Assembly (NCBI GenBank): GCA_002311915.1
Contig: DCAF01000008.1
Location: 1,735-65,734, forward strand
DNA from: Sulfurovum sp. UBA1140
Lineage (GTDB): Bacteria > Campylobacterota > Campylobacteria > Campylobacterales > Sulfurovaceae
Length of the DNA: 64,000 nt
Direction: 5' to 3'
Below are positions 1-9,171 of the stretch, in pieces. The notes beneath the pieces are model-generated. The model was not told where the DNA came from and ran no database searches. It saw nothing but the letters and a program-made list of their open reading frames with translations. Numbering within the stretch: the stretch's first letter is position 1; each line of letters opens with the position of its first letter. The translations under genes were made by a program, and so were the position numbers.

Positions 1-96
1 ATGATGGAGACAATGATTGGTTTTAAGAGGGCAGGAGCAGATATTATTATCTCTTATCATGCTAAAGAGGTGGCAAAATTGCTAAATGAAGAGTAG
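1..96 (+). CDS. hemB: Delta-aminolevulinic acid dehydratase, C-terminal fragment (truncated by window start)
   Basis: Frame 1 reads [31 protein letters not shown], matching the conserved ALAD C-terminus (KRAGAD.I.(T/S)Y.A). It lies upstream of argF-hemN, as in other Campylobacterota. Confidence 0.9.
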   Translation: MMETMIGFKRAGADIIISYHAKEVAKLLNEE

Positions 97-102
97 GGGA
101 GT

Positions 103-600
103 TTACTCCTCTTCTCCATCAATCTCTTTTGAGAGTTCAGCGAGTTGTTCAAGATACTTATCCTCTCCTTTCTGAGTAGAGGTTGTAAGTTTCTCTGGGA
201 TAGTGTTCTCTTTTTCTTCCATCTCTTTTGATATTTCTAATTTAATATCATCTTCCATCTTCTGTTCCTCTGTTTTGGAGTCAGAAGTTACTGAATCGAG
301 TGATTTAGAAGCTGGAGGCTGGTTGCCATCTTCATTATCTTCTGTTAAATCATCAATATTATCAATCATTAAAGACTCTTGTGGTACAGAGGGTTCTGTT
401 ACTACTTTTTCACTCTCTATAAAAGTTTTATACCCGTAAATAGAGAGACTTGAAACAATGGCAATAATTAGAAGGGTGATTAAAAGTTTTGCAAGAATAC
501 TCTCATTCTCTTCCTCGTCAGGATCATTCAAAATTTGGGATTTATAAGCTTCTGTAAAACTTGTCTCTTCATCATTATGATTTGTATTGTTATTAAACAC
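103..600 (-). CDS. Hypothetical acidic single-pass membrane protein
   Basis: 165-aa ORF with one hydrophobic helix (ILAKLLITLLIIAIVSSLSIYGY) flanked by D/E-rich low-complexity regions. Confidence 0.7.
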   Translation of the reverse strand: MFNNNTNHNDEETSFTEAYKSQILNDPDEEENESILAKLLITLLIIAIVSSLSIYGYKTFIESEKVVTEPSVPQESLMIDNIDDLTEDNEDGNQPPASKSLDSVTSDSKTEEQKMEDDIKLEISKEMEEKENTIPEKLTTSTQKGEDKYLEQLAELSKEIDGEEE

Positions 601-724
601 AAATATCCTTTATCTCATATTTTTATCATTTGTTAAAAGTATCTTTATTATTCTATCATAATTTTTACTAAAAATCTTTTAAAGCATGTTTTTTCACATT
701 TTTATACACATTCTCACGTTTATT

Positions 725-733
725 TGCTATAAT
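725..733 (+). promoter_or_regulatory. Extended -10 sigma70 promoter (TGnTATAAT) for the SPFH operon
   Basis: TGCTATAAT about 40 nt upstream of the ATG at 773. Confidence 0.6.
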
Positions 734-772
734 TGCATTGATTAATAAAATTTTGGAAGTGAGGGAATACTG

Positions 773-1669
773 ATGTTTGAGTTAGATTTCTTGTATTGGA
801 TATTGGGCATTTTTTTTGTGTTGGCAGTCCTCGTACTGTTCTTTAATACGGTTGGGTTTGATAAAATATTGCCCATTGTCGTGGTTGAGTCTCAAGAAGA
901 GTGGGTGGTTGATCGTTTAGGAAAAGATCGTATACTTACCGAGGGTCTTAATCGTATTTTACCAGGAGTTGATAGAATTGAAGCCAAGGTGAGTCTTAAA
1001 GAGATAACGATTGACCCTCCTGCTCAGAATATTATTACCAATGACCAGATTAAAATTACAGTAGATATGATTGCAACCATTAAGGTTATTGACTCTATGA
1101 AAGCTATTATGGAAGTTGACGATTATAAAAAAGCAGTTGAGAGTTTGGTAATGACAAGCGTATTAAGTAAGATGGCTATACGAAATTTAGCAGATATTCA
1201 AACCCATTTGGATGATATATCCAAAGAGGTTATCGCACATATCGAAGAGGACAGTTTGCGTTGGGGAGTAAAAATGATTCAAGTTAGATTTGAAGATATT
1301 GACTACTCTGATGCGATTAAAGCTACGATGGAGAAAGAGGTGCTTGATAGAACCAAGCAGAAGATGATGTTGGCAGATGCTAAAGCTAAAAGTGAGGCTG
1401 CAGCTACAGAAGCAGAAGGTTTCAAAAAAGCAGCAGCATTTAAAGCTGAAGCATTGGTTCATGAGATTAGGACGCTACAAAATATTATGCCAGATATGAG
1501 TAATGATAAAATTTTAGAGTTCTTAAAGTCGTTGGATTATATCCACTCTATGAAAAATCTCTCTTCTTCAGAAAATGCTAAGTTTGTGGTCTATCCTTCA
1601 GAGAGTCCTCAATCAATGAATAAGTTGATGGGTGCTGAGTATCTATCTCAGGCAATGGGTAACAAGTAA
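773..1669 (+). CDS. SPFH/band-7 (stomatin/prohibitin) domain membrane protein
   Basis: N-terminal TM helix, VVDRLGK..L.EGLNRILPG.D motif, ITNDQIKITVD, RWGVKMIQVRFEDI, and an Ala-rich coiled-coil tail. Confidence 0.9.
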   Translation: MFELDFLYWILGIFFVLAVLVLFFNTVGFDKILPIVVVESQEEWVVDRLGKDRILTEGLNRILPGVDRIEAKVSLKEITIDPPAQNIITNDQIKITVDMIATIKVIDSMKAIMEVDDYKKAVESLVMTSVLSKMAIRNLADIQTHLDDISKEVIAHIEEDSLRWGVKMIQVRFEDIDYSDAIKATMEKEVLDRTKQKMMLADAKAKSEAAATEAEGFKKAAAFKAEALVHEIRTLQNIMPDMSNDKILEFLKSLDYIHSMKNLSSSENAKFVVYPSESPQSMNKLMGAEYLSQAMGNK

Positions 1670-1718
1670 AATTATGTTTTTTTTAAATAATAAAGTTAAG
1701 GAAAAGGGAGCAAGTACA

Positions 1719-2135
1719 ATGTTTTTTATTACGGGAATGTCAACATTCACATGGATTTTATTGGCGTATGTAGGGTTACATATTGGTCAAGACTATATAC
1801 CTATTTTTAAAGATTTAACTTTAAATAGTATCGTGCTAACACACCATATTGGACCAGATAGAGATTTTATTATTCGAGTGAGAGAACTCTTTTTGATTGT
1901 AGGGTCGTTGGCTCTGTTTGTAGAAGTGGCAAAAGCTGCTACATCTAAAGCTTTTGGTGCAACAGAGACACTTTTAAGTTTTGTGGTAGCTATTGTGTTT
2001 GTGGTACTCTTTTTTATGGTAGAGTGGGCTCAAAATGCAACCTTTTTGGTTTTGGCATTGATGTCATTTATTGATGCTACAGGTGGATTTATTATTGAAC
2101 TTAATGCTGCTAAAAGAGATTTTAGCATTGGTTAA
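1719..2135 (+). CDS. Uncharacterised 4-TM membrane protein
   Basis: Four hydrophobic segments and a C-terminal FIDATGGFIIELNAAKRDFSIG. Start placed at ATG 1719 after SD AAGGGAG (ORF track begins at 1632). Confidence 0.75.
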   Translation: MFFITGMSTFTWILLAYVGLHIGQDYIPIFKDLTLNSIVLTHHIGPDRDFIIRVRELFLIVGSLALFVEVAKAATSKAFGATETLLSFVVAIVFVVLFFMVEWAQNATFLVLALMSFIDATGGFIIELNAAKRDFSIG

Positions 2136-2138
2136 TCC

Positions 2139-2996
2139 ATGAAGTTTACTACTTCTCATAAGTATGCTCATCTCTCTTCTTTCGATGAGTATATTATTAT
2201 TGGTGATGTTCATGGGTGTGTGGATGAACTACAACAGCTATTGATACAAAATGGGTTTAGCATTGATGCCAATGGTTTTATAGAGTTAAATTCTACCATC
2301 TGTTCTAAATCAATTGTACTTTTAGGAGATTTTATAGATAAGGGTAATCGTGAGAAAATCATTGAAACCATTAACTTTATCTATAAAAACTATTATCATC
2401 TGAATCAACATCGTCAACAGTTTTATCTACTTAAGGGAAACCATGAAGAGATGGTTTATCGTTATATCTCTAATGACCCAACCTTAGAAATTACGGCAAA
2501 GCGTTTGGAAGATAAAGATAAATATTATAACACCGTAGCTATTTTAGAAAAAGATTTTGATTTAAAAAAGAAATTTTTAGAGCTTTATGACGAGAGTTAT
2601 AGTTGGTTGCAATATCGCTTTAGTCCTAACTTTTCAGCTATTTTGACCCATGCTCCTTGTGAGGTTAAATATTTAGGACAAAATGATGATGAATCCTATG
2701 CTAAAATGATTAAGTGTGCTTCTCGAAGTAAGAATAAAGGTATAAAATTAGATGAGCTATTGTCTTATGTCTACGAAGAGGCAGAAGAGAATCAAAATTA
2801 TCACATTTTTGGACATCTCTCTCAGCCCAATATCCGAAAATATAAGAATAGAGTCTGTATTGACACTTCTGTTATTTATGGTGATACGTTAAGTTGTGCC
2901 ATTATTAAAGAAGACCAACTCACTTTTGACAGTACCCCTTTTCAAAAAAAACAAAAATCTGCTACCCAAGAGTACAATATACTGTTTGATTTTTAG
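2139..2996 (+). CDS. Calcineurin-like metallophosphoesterase (PrpA/PrpE/Pnkp-phosphatase-like)
   Basis: Motifs GDVHG, GDFIDKG, GNHE, THA, GH and IDT occur in the canonical order. Confidence 0.9.
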   Translation: MKFTTSHKYAHLSSFDEYIIIGDVHGCVDELQQLLIQNGFSIDANGFIELNSTICSKSIVLLGDFIDKGNREKIIETINFIYKNYYHLNQHRQQFYLLKGNHEEMVYRYISNDPTLEITAKRLEDKDKYYNTVAILEKDFDLKKKFLELYDESYSWLQYRFSPNFSAILTHAPCEVKYLGQNDDESYAKMIKCASRSKNKGIKLDELLSYVYEEAEENQNYHIFGHLSQPNIRKYKNRVCIDTSVIYGDTLSCAIIKEDQLTFDSTPFQKKQKSATQEYNILFDF

Positions 2997-3100
2997 CATT
3001 AACTTCTTTGTAAAAATTAAATGGTAAAATAGTTTCCTTAAAACAACAATCACTTACATTACATTACTTTTATCTATAAGTGAATATTAGGAAAACCCAA

Positions 3101-4027
3101 ATGAGACACTTTTTAACCCTTAAAGATTTTACAAAAAATGAACTTTTGGAAATGATAGACTTGGCACAGAAAATTAAGAAGCAGACAAAAAACAGAAAAT
3201 TTGTCCCTTATATGGAACATCAGACCTTGGGAATGATTTTTGAAAAGAGTTCTACACGAACACGTGTTAGCTTCGAAACAGGTATTTATCAACTTGGTGG
3301 TGTGGGTCTTTTTTTATCTTCAAATGATATTCAATTGGGGCGTGGAGAACCAATGAAGGATACTGCTCGGGTAATCAGTCGTATGGTTGATATGGTGATG
3401 ATTCGTACTTTTGAACACAGTAAGCTTGAAGAGTTTGCAGAGTATTCAAATGTTCCTGTTATTAACGGGCTGACAGACAGCTATCACCCTGTACAGTTAA
3501 TGACCGATTATTTAACCATGTTAGAGTGTGGAGTTGAAGAACCTGTGGTTGCTTATGTAGGGGACGGAAACAATGTAACACATTCGTGGCTTATACTCGC
3601 GGCTAAACTGGGCTTTGAGCTTAGAGTTGCAACCCCTAAAGGGTATGAATGTGATGCTTCTATTGTTGCAGAGGCATTAGAGATTGCCAAAGAGAGTGGA
3701 GCAGAAATTATTTTTACCAATGATCCAGCAGAAGCAGTAGAAGAGGCAAATGTGGTAACAACCGATACATGGGTTTCAATGGGGCAAGAGGATGAAAAAG
3801 AGAATAGAATGAACGCATTTAAAGGGTTTATTGTCGATGAAGAGTTAATGGAATTGGCTCAACAAGATACCCTGTTTTTGCACTGTCTTCCTGCTTATCG
3901 AGGATACGAAGTGAGTGAATTTGTTTTTGAAAAACATGCTGATGAGATTTTTTTAGAGGCAGAGAATAGGTTACATGCTCAAAAGGGTATTATGGTATGG
4001 CTCGATCAGCATCGAGATGTCAATTGA
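3101..4027 (+). CDS. argF: Ornithine carbamoyltransferase
   Basis: [17 protein letters not shown] and HCLP motifs. Start MRHFL at 3101. Confidence 0.97.
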   Translation: MRHFLTLKDFTKNELLEMIDLAQKIKKQTKNRKFVPYMEHQTLGMIFEKSSTRTRVSFETGIYQLGGVGLFLSSNDIQLGRGEPMKDTARVISRMVDMVMIRTFEHSKLEEFAEYSNVPVINGLTDSYHPVQLMTDYLTMLECGVEEPVVAYVGDGNNVTHSWLILAAKLGFELRVATPKGYECDASIVAEALEIAKESGAEIIFTNDPAEAVEEANVVTTDTWVSMGQEDEKENRMNAFKGFIVDEELMELAQQDTLFLHCLPAYRGYEVSEFVFEKHADEIFLEAENRLHAQKGIMVWLDQHRDVN

Positions 4028-4093
4028 TACCCAACAAGCTAAAATAGATAATTATATGTTAATATGAAAAAAAAAAAAGGAAGTGTACACTGA

Positions 4094-5461
4094 ATGAGTA
4101 ATATTGATTTTGAAAAATTTTCTAAATATTCTAAGCCAGGACCTAGGTATACCAGTTATCCAACTGCATTAGAGTTTAATAGTGATTTTAAGCATGATAT
4201 CTATATAGATTTTTTGGAGAATTCCACAGAGAAAATTTCTCTTTATGTGCATCTCCCCTTTTGTCGTTCAGCCTGTTATTTTTGTGGGTGTAATGTCGTC
4301 TTTACCTCAAAAGAGGAAAAATTAAGTCGTTATATTGAGTACCTAAAAAAAGAGATTGATATTTTAGCAGAGCATATTGATAGCTCTCGTGAGGTGGTTC
4401 AATTTCACTTTGGTGGGGGAACACCTACCTATTATAAAGCATTTGAACTTGACGAAATAGTTACTTATATTAAATCTAAATTTCCAAACTGGTGCAGTAA
4501 AGCAGAGATAAGTTGTGAGATTGACCCAAGATTTTTTAATGAAGATCAGATGAAAGTATTTCACAAGCATGGCTTTAATCGTATCAGTTTTGGGGTACAA
4601 GACCTAGACGATAAGGTGCAAAAAGAGATTCATCGTGTGCAACCACTTCAACTCACTAAAAATGCAGTGGAATTGGCACGAAAATATGGCATTAGCTCGA
4701 TTAATACAGATTTTATCTATGGACTTCCTTTTCAAACCCTAGAGACTTTTAAAAAAACATTAGAACTCTCGACTCAGCTTAATCCTGATAGAGTCGCCGT
4801 TTTTAACTATGCTCATGTACCTTGGCTTATGAGAACCATGCGTAAATTTGATGAAACCACCCTTCCAACCCCTGATGTTAAATTGCAGATTTTTAAATAT
4901 ACCATTGATTTTTTTGAGTCACATGGGTATAAAATGGTGGGTATGGATCACTTCGCAAAACCAACAGATGAACTCTTTGGAGCGATAGAAAAAGGTGAAC
5001 TACATCGAAACTTTCAGGGTTATACCACCCGAGGGGGTTCCAACCTTATAGGAATTGGCTTGACGAGTATTGGTGAAGGTAGTCATTATTATGCTCAAAA
5101 TACTAAAGATATGAAGCTTTACGAAGAGGCTTTAGATGCAGGACGACTCCCTTTTGAACGGGGTGTTGTGCTAAGTGATGATGACTTTTTAAGAAAAGCT
5201 GTTATTATGGAGTTGATGGCAAATTTTCATATTGATATTAAAAGAGTGAACAGAGAGCATGGTATTGTATTTACAGACTATTTTGCAGATGCGTTAGAGG
5301 CATTGCAAGAGTTTGTCGAGGCTGATTTGGTTACCATTGACCAAAATGAGATAAGAGTAAGTACCACAGGAACACTGTTGATACGAAATATCGCCATGCC
5401 ATTTGATGCCTATATGAAAAAATATGCACAGAGTAAGAAATCGTTTTCAAAGACGGTATAG
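4094..5461 (+). CDS. hemN: Oxygen-independent coproporphyrinogen III oxidase
   Basis: GPRYTSYP, radical-SAM CxxxCxxC (CRSACYFC), GGGTP and HRNFQGY motifs. Confidence 0.97.
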   Translation: MSNIDFEKFSKYSKPGPRYTSYPTALEFNSDFKHDIYIDFLENSTEKISLYVHLPFCRSACYFCGCNVVFTSKEEKLSRYIEYLKKEIDILAEHIDSSREVVQFHFGGGTPTYYKAFELDEIVTYIKSKFPNWCSKAEISCEIDPRFFNEDQMKVFHKHGFNRISFGVQDLDDKVQKEIHRVQPLQLTKNAVELARKYGISSINTDFIYGLPFQTLETFKKTLELSTQLNPDRVAVFNYAHVPWLMRTMRKFDETTLPTPDVKLQIFKYTIDFFESHGYKMVGMDHFAKPTDELFGAIEKGELHRNFQGYTTRGGSNLIGIGLTSIGEGSHYYAQNTKDMKLYEEALDAGRLPFERGVVLSDDDFLRKAVIMELMANFHIDIKRVNREHGIVFTDYFADALEALQEFVEADLVTIDQNEIRVSTTGTLLIRNIAMPFDAYMKKYAQSKKSFSKTV

Positions 5462-5476
5462 AAAGAAAAGAGAAGC

Positions 5477-6766
5477 ATGAAAAAAACAGAAGATATTTTT
5501 AATTTTAAAGCAACAGCCGATGATTGTGTGAAGTGTGGAAAGTGTATTCCTGTCTGTACAATTTACCAAGTTAATGCAGATGAAGTTACTTCGCCCAGAG
5601 GATTTATTGACTTATTAGGGCAGTATCAACAGGGCAATTTGGAACTGGACAGAAATGCCAAAGATATTTTTGAGAGCTGTTTTTTGTGTACGGCTTGTAC
5701 CGAAGTCTGCCCCAACTCTCTACCCACCGATATGGTTATTGAAGAGGTTCGAGCCGATATAGCCGATAAATTTGGTATCGCTTGGTTTAAAAAAGCATTC
5801 TTTACCCTTTTGCGTCATCGTAAACTCATGGATATTATGATGAAATTGGGCTATACGTTTAGAACGTGTGGATTTAAAGATGATACCAAAAGAGGGGGAA
5901 TGATTCCTCGTTTCCCGATGCCCCTTATAAAAAGTGGACGACTCTTGCCCTCACTTGGTAAAACAAGCTTTATGAATAAATATCCCGAAGAGATAGCCCA
6001 TGGTGGTAAACGACGTGTGGCGATTTTTATTGGTTGCTTAGCAAACTACAACTATACAGGCATAGGTGACAGTCTTATAGAGATTTTAGAAGAGTTAAAC
6101 ATTGATGCTTTTATCCCCAAAGACCAACTCTGTTGTTCTGCCCCTGCCTATTTTACGGGTGATTTCTATACGGTAGAGACTCTTTCTAAAAAAAATATTG
6201 AGTATTTTGAAACATTTATTGATGATGTCGAAGCGATAATTATCCCCGAAGCAACCTGTTCGGCAATGATAAAACATGATTGGGAGATTTTCTTTAACAA
6301 TCGTGGCATGGAGAATTGGGCAAAACGAGCCAATAAGCTAAATGAAAAAATCTTTATGGCAACCGAATGGCTAGAGCAAAACACCGACTTAAAAGATAGA
6401 TTGGCTAAAAAAGGTCAAACCATTCAAGAGACCATCACCTATCACGATGCGTGTCATGCTAAAAAAGTACAAGGCATTCACAAAGAACCAAGAGCATTAC
6501 TTTCACAAAACTATACGATTACAGAGATGAGTGATAGTGACCGATGTTGTGGTTTTGGTGGGGTAACCATGCAGACTGAAAAGTATCATTTTGCAGAACT
6601 TGCTGGACAACCAAAAGCTGTAATGATTAAAGAGACAGGTGCTAAAATTGTTAGTGCAGAGTGTAGTGCTTGTCGTATGCAAATAGGAAACTCTTTGCAT
6701 CAAGCCGATGTGGATGTGGTGTTTAAAAATCCTGTAGAGTTAATTGCTGAAGCGTTAAAAAAGTAA
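5477..6766 (+). CDS. Fe-S oxidoreductase, GlcF-like (two 4Fe-4S motifs plus two CCG domains)
   Basis: CVKCGKCIPVC and CFLCTACTEVC ferredoxin motifs, plus CCSAPA and CCGFGG domains. Confidence 0.9.
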   Translation: MKKTEDIFNFKATADDCVKCGKCIPVCTIYQVNADEVTSPRGFIDLLGQYQQGNLELDRNAKDIFESCFLCTACTEVCPNSLPTDMVIEEVRADIADKFGIAWFKKAFFTLLRHRKLMDIMMKLGYTFRTCGFKDDTKRGGMIPRFPMPLIKSGRLLPSLGKTSFMNKYPEEIAHGGKRRVAIFIGCLANYNYTGIGDSLIEILEELNIDAFIPKDQLCCSAPAYFTGDFYTVETLSKKNIEYFETFIDDVEAIIIPEATCSAMIKHDWEIFFNNRGMENWAKRANKLNEKIFMATEWLEQNTDLKDRLAKKGQTIQETITYHDACHAKKVQGIHKEPRALLSQNYTITEMSDSDRCCGFGGVTMQTEKYHFAELAGQPKAVMIKETGAKIVSAECSACRMQIGNSLHQADVDVVFKNPVELIAEALKK

Positions 6767-6783
6767 GCCAAATTTACAAAACT

Positions 6784-6849
6784 GTTCGGGTCTGAACACG
6801 CTAATGTTAAAAATACAAATGGCACAGTCGGAACCGATGGCTTCAGCCT
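6784..6849. repeat. REP-like dispersed palindromic element (type C)
   Basis: Its reverse complement aligns ungapped to 13231-13296 (55/66 identical by hand). It is intergenic and contains hairpins. Confidence 0.85.
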
Positions 6850-6974
6850 TGTTCTCTTTAAATGAGTTTTATACCCCTAAAAATCTAGGTACAATAATAA
6901 ATTATTCCAAAAAAAAGATTCAAGAAATCTATAATGCTCCCCCAAATAAGTAATTTCCTATAAAACCTATTTTA

Positions 6975-6983
6975 TGCTATAAT
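6975..6983 (+). promoter_or_regulatory. Extended -10 promoter TGCTATAAT
   Basis: About 40 nt upstream of the ATG at 7025 (SD AAGGAG). Confidence 0.6.
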
Positions 6984-7024
6984 GCCCTTAACTATAAAAT
7001 ATACTTTATACATAAGGAGCAATC

Positions 7025-8212
7025 ATGACCCCCATATTATCCAAATTATCCAAACAGTTTTTAGTAAAAAGAGTCTCATCATTTAGGCGATTTTTATATA
7101 ATGAGATTGATTTCAAAGCCTCTATTATTGGTATAAAAGGTGGTAGAGGTTCGGGGAAAACTACGCTCTTGCACCAATACGCCAAAAGTTTAAAATATAA
7201 ATCTTCACAGATCCTCTATATCTCTTGTGACCATCCATCTATGATAGATGAGAAACTTTATGAGATAGCTGATGAGTTTTATGCTCATGGGGGTAAGCTG
7301 TTGATTTTGGATGAGATTCATAAAGTTAAAAATTTTGCTTCACATATAAAAGCGATGTATGATTTTACAGGGTTACAGGTGCTTTTCTCAGGTTCATCTG
7401 CCATGAAAATAGAGCATGAGTTGGGTGATTTGTCACGAAGGGCTTTGGTCTATACCATGCCTGTGTTGTCATTTCGCGAATTTTTAGCACTTAAAAATAT
7501 TGCCCATCTTTCTACCTATAGTTTAGAAGATATTTTAGAGAATCATGAAGATATTGCTGTTGAAGTCTTAAGTAAAATCAAACCCTTGGAGTGGTTTGGT
7601 GACTATTTGGAGTATGGGGCTTATCCTTTTTTTAAAGAGGGGATAGAGAGTTATAGTAACCGACTATTGGAGGTGGTTAATGTGACGATAGATAGTGATT
7701 TGGCTTCTCTTTTTAGCATCAACAGTGACAAGCTAGAGAGACTTAAAAAAGTTCTTTATATGCTTTGCTGTACCACGCCCTATGAGATAAATAAATCAAA
7801 ACTTTCAGGCGAAGCAGGAGTGGCATGGGCTACGCTCTCTAAGTATCTTGACTATATGGAAAAAGGAACACTTGTACATCTGATTCGAGGAAGCAGAGGG
7901 CATAAAACCCTACAGCTACCCAATAATATTCTACTCAATAACCCCAATCTATTTGCTGTGCTTTGTGCCAAACCTGATATAGGTTCACTTCGAGAGAGTT
8001 TTTTTGTTTCACAACTTAAGACCAAACATCAAATTCATTATCATCATCAAGGAGATTTTCTGTTGGATGATAAGATTGTGGTAGAGATAGGTGGAAAATC
8101 AAAAGATGGTAAGCAGATAGAGGGGTTGGAGAGTGCGTATTTGGCAATTGATGGGATAGAATATGGGTATGGCAATGCTATTCCTCTTTGGTTGTTTGGG
8201 TTTTTGTATTGA
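7025..8212 (+). CDS. AAA+ superfamily ATPase (AAA_14 / DUF4143-type)
   Basis: Walker A GGRGSGKTT, Walker B LLILDEIH, FSGSS, YLEYGAYP, and a C-terminal degenerate PD-(D/E)xK-like segment GDFLL..VVEIGG. Confidence 0.85.
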   Translation: MTPILSKLSKQFLVKRVSSFRRFLYNEIDFKASIIGIKGGRGSGKTTLLHQYAKSLKYKSSQILYISCDHPSMIDEKLYEIADEFYAHGGKLLILDEIHKVKNFASHIKAMYDFTGLQVLFSGSSAMKIEHELGDLSRRALVYTMPVLSFREFLALKNIAHLSTYSLEDILENHEDIAVEVLSKIKPLEWFGDYLEYGAYPFFKEGIESYSNRLLEVVNVTIDSDLASLFSINSDKLERLKKVLYMLCCTTPYEINKSKLSGEAGVAWATLSKYLDYMEKGTLVHLIRGSRGHKTLQLPNNILLNNPNLFAVLCAKPDIGSLRESFFVSQLKTKHQIHYHHQGDFLLDDKIVVEIGGKSKDGKQIEGLESAYLAIDGIEYGYGNAIPLWLFGFLY

Positions 8213-8264
8213 GTAAAGTTGAATTTAAAAATAATAAAATAAATCTGATATAAAGGAGAATAAA

Positions 8265-9116
8265 TTGAAAAAAATATATTTAATGGCACTATTTAGTATA
8301 ATAATCTTAGGTTGTCAAAGTACCAAAAATATAGATAATATTTATACATCTGATTCACGTGCTAAACAAGAGTTTAGTCGTAGTCATGATTGGGTATCGG
8401 CATGGAACAGTTGTAAAGGGCTTGTTGCTCTTAAAAATGATGGTTCTCTTTGGCAGTTTGGAAGAACAGGTGGGTGTGATTGGGGTCAAATAGAAATAAC
8501 CCTTCCTCATTTAACAAAAGAGTATCTCTATCGGCTTAAAGCCAAGAAAATAGGAGAGGGTTTTAATAATGCGAAGATTATCAATGGTGGTTATCGGATG
8601 TATGCCATTAAAAAGGATGGAACGCTGTGGGGATGGGGAGAAGGCTTTAATACCCGACCTACGAAGTTGAGTTCAAGTCGTGATTGGGTTAATTTTGGAA
8701 TCGAATGGGAAGGAAATGGATGTTGTGCTTATGATATTGGATTAAAAGAAGATGGAACGTTATGGGGATTTTCTGATTTTTCTAATTTCTCTAAAAAGAA
8801 ACAGATACCTGAATTAAAACAGATAAGTCAACAGCGTAATTGGGATAAAATTACTTTTGGTTGTTGTATGATTTTTGGTCAAAAAAAAGATGGTTCACTT
8901 TGGGAGTCTTATCATAATGAGAAGAGTAACAACATTAGTTTTAAAAAAGTTACAAAAAAAAGTATGCTAGATGGAGTGATAAGCTATTCAACACTTTTAT
9001 CAAAAATAAAAGATATATCATCGGGGGATATAAGGAGTAGTCATGTTACAGGAGTTGATATAAAAGTCAGAAAAGATGGTACGCTTTGGCTTCTGCCTGA
9101 AGTGGCCCATAAATAG
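8265..9116 (+). CDS. Lipoprotein with RCC1/BLIP-II-like beta-propeller repeats
   Basis: TTG start, lipobox IILGC, and five repeats of K.DG(S/T)LW. Confidence 0.75.
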   Translation: MKKIYLMALFSIIILGCQSTKNIDNIYTSDSRAKQEFSRSHDWVSAWNSCKGLVALKNDGSLWQFGRTGGCDWGQIEITLPHLTKEYLYRLKAKKIGEGFNNAKIINGGYRMYAIKKDGTLWGWGEGFNTRPTKLSSSRDWVNFGIEWEGNGCCAYDIGLKEDGTLWGFSDFSNFSKKKQIPELKQISQQRNWDKITFGCCMIFGQKKDGSLWESYHNEKSNNISFKKVTKKSMLDGVISYSTLLSKIKDISSGDIRSSHVTGVDIKVRKDGTLWLLPEVAHK

Positions 9117-9135
9117 TAAGTTTACTTTCAAACCA

Positions 9136-9158
9136 CGGAGGCAAAGCCTTTCGACTCC
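9136..9158. repeat. REP-like hairpin (partial type A); may also act as a convergent terminator
   Basis: CGGAGGCAAAGCCTTTCGACTCC, nearly identical to part of revcomp 61301-61350 and to 13351-13373. Confidence 0.75.
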
Positions 9159-9171
9159 GAGTTTTGGTAAA

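Noticed and set aside
96-112. GGGGAGTTTACTCCTC shares the GAGTTTACTC core with the REP module
   Set aside because: It lacks the GTTCGG foot and other flanks, overlaps two convergent stop regions, and is adequately explained as a short terminator hairpin or chance.
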